A stretch of DNA of 64,000 nucleotides from Somniosus microcephalus (lineage: Eukaryota), in the NCBI GenBank assembly GCA_052327205.1, contig CM126212.1, forward strand, positions 201,252,001-201,316,000, read 5' to 3'. The translations under genes and the position numbers were made by a program. Positions 63,201-64,000 of the stretch are shown here, piece after piece. Each line of letters starts with the position of its first letter. The first letter of the stretch is position 1. Below the pieces are notes generated by a model that saw only the letters and a program-made list of their open reading frames with translations, ran no database searches and was not told the DNA's origin.

Positions 63201-64000
63201 GGAAAATCATTTGTGATTCCTCTGACTGGTGCATTCATTCTTTTTCTTGTTGTAGACAGACTTCTCGTCAGTTTTCCACTCACCTTTGTGAAATTTTCCC
63301 TCTGGTTCAATGAGTTCAATACCTATTCTAAAATTGTAGTTATTTGTTTTGAGTATAATTCCATTAGGCTGCTACAGTTTCTCATTTTAGTTTTTTTTTT
63401 AAAAAGCCAGTACTAAAAAGGGTTTGATTCATTATATTAAGACGAGGTTTATTCACAAGGCCTGCCAGTGCCTTGTGTCTAATGGGATTGATAGCTTGAG
63501 TACTATACATCCAAACAAATGCTAAAAAAATGGATGATTGATTACACTGTATACTCTTCACTTAACAGGTAGTAGTAGACTTTCTAGAAGCATCCAGGAT
63601 AATCCCATTAAAATTAGTGTCTACATAATCAGCTAATCTGAGAAAGAAATTCGCTAATTTGAGAAAACATCATCCAGGTAGCACCTTGGGTTACTATAGT
63701 TTGACCCAATAGTACTTTTTAGATCTCATTTTTGGTAGATCTCTGGATACAAAAGTATTATCTAGACGGAGAGGGACTCCTTCTCACAGGTACTTCTGGT
63801 AATACTGCAGCATGTAGATGTGACTGGAATGTGGAAGTAAATTAGTTACCTTTTCAGTATCTTCATTATAAATAATTAATTTTGGGGGTAATTTAACCTA
63901 TGTTTTTAGTGTAATAAGTGAAAATTCACCTATGGCCTGACCACATACCCAGTGTCCTAGGTAAAGAATCATTTCAGATCTTTGAAATATTTAAAGAATA

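Overview
Eukaryotic genomic DNA, most likely from a cartilaginous fish (shark or ray), judged from the repeat families. Positions ~5.8-20.8 kb (+) hold the last five coding exons of PTPDC1, including the catalytic HCHAGLGRT exon and a GC-AG final intron; its earlier exons lie left of the window. A CpG island at ~35.1-35.9 kb has an ATG-less first exon and strong donor and starts a second + strand transcription unit. No recognisable coding exon follows it up to 64 kb. By vertebrate synteny it may be the let-7a-1/7f-1/7d host gene, but no let-7 hairpin is in the window. The rest is transposon-rich: CR1, L2, RTE and Penelope-like fragments, DeuSINE/SacSINE1-like and LF-SINE-like SINEs, and Harbinger-, pogo- and hAT-type MITEs. 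The most interesting observations are (1) a near full-length ORF1-less LINE with a tRNA-derived Pol III head, bounded by one TSD (37.85-41.14 kb), (2) a possible split RhoGAP-like fold in the PTPDC1 C-terminal half, and (3) the candidate non-coding host-gene promoter. Family assignments rest on motifs and recalled consensus sequences, not database searches.
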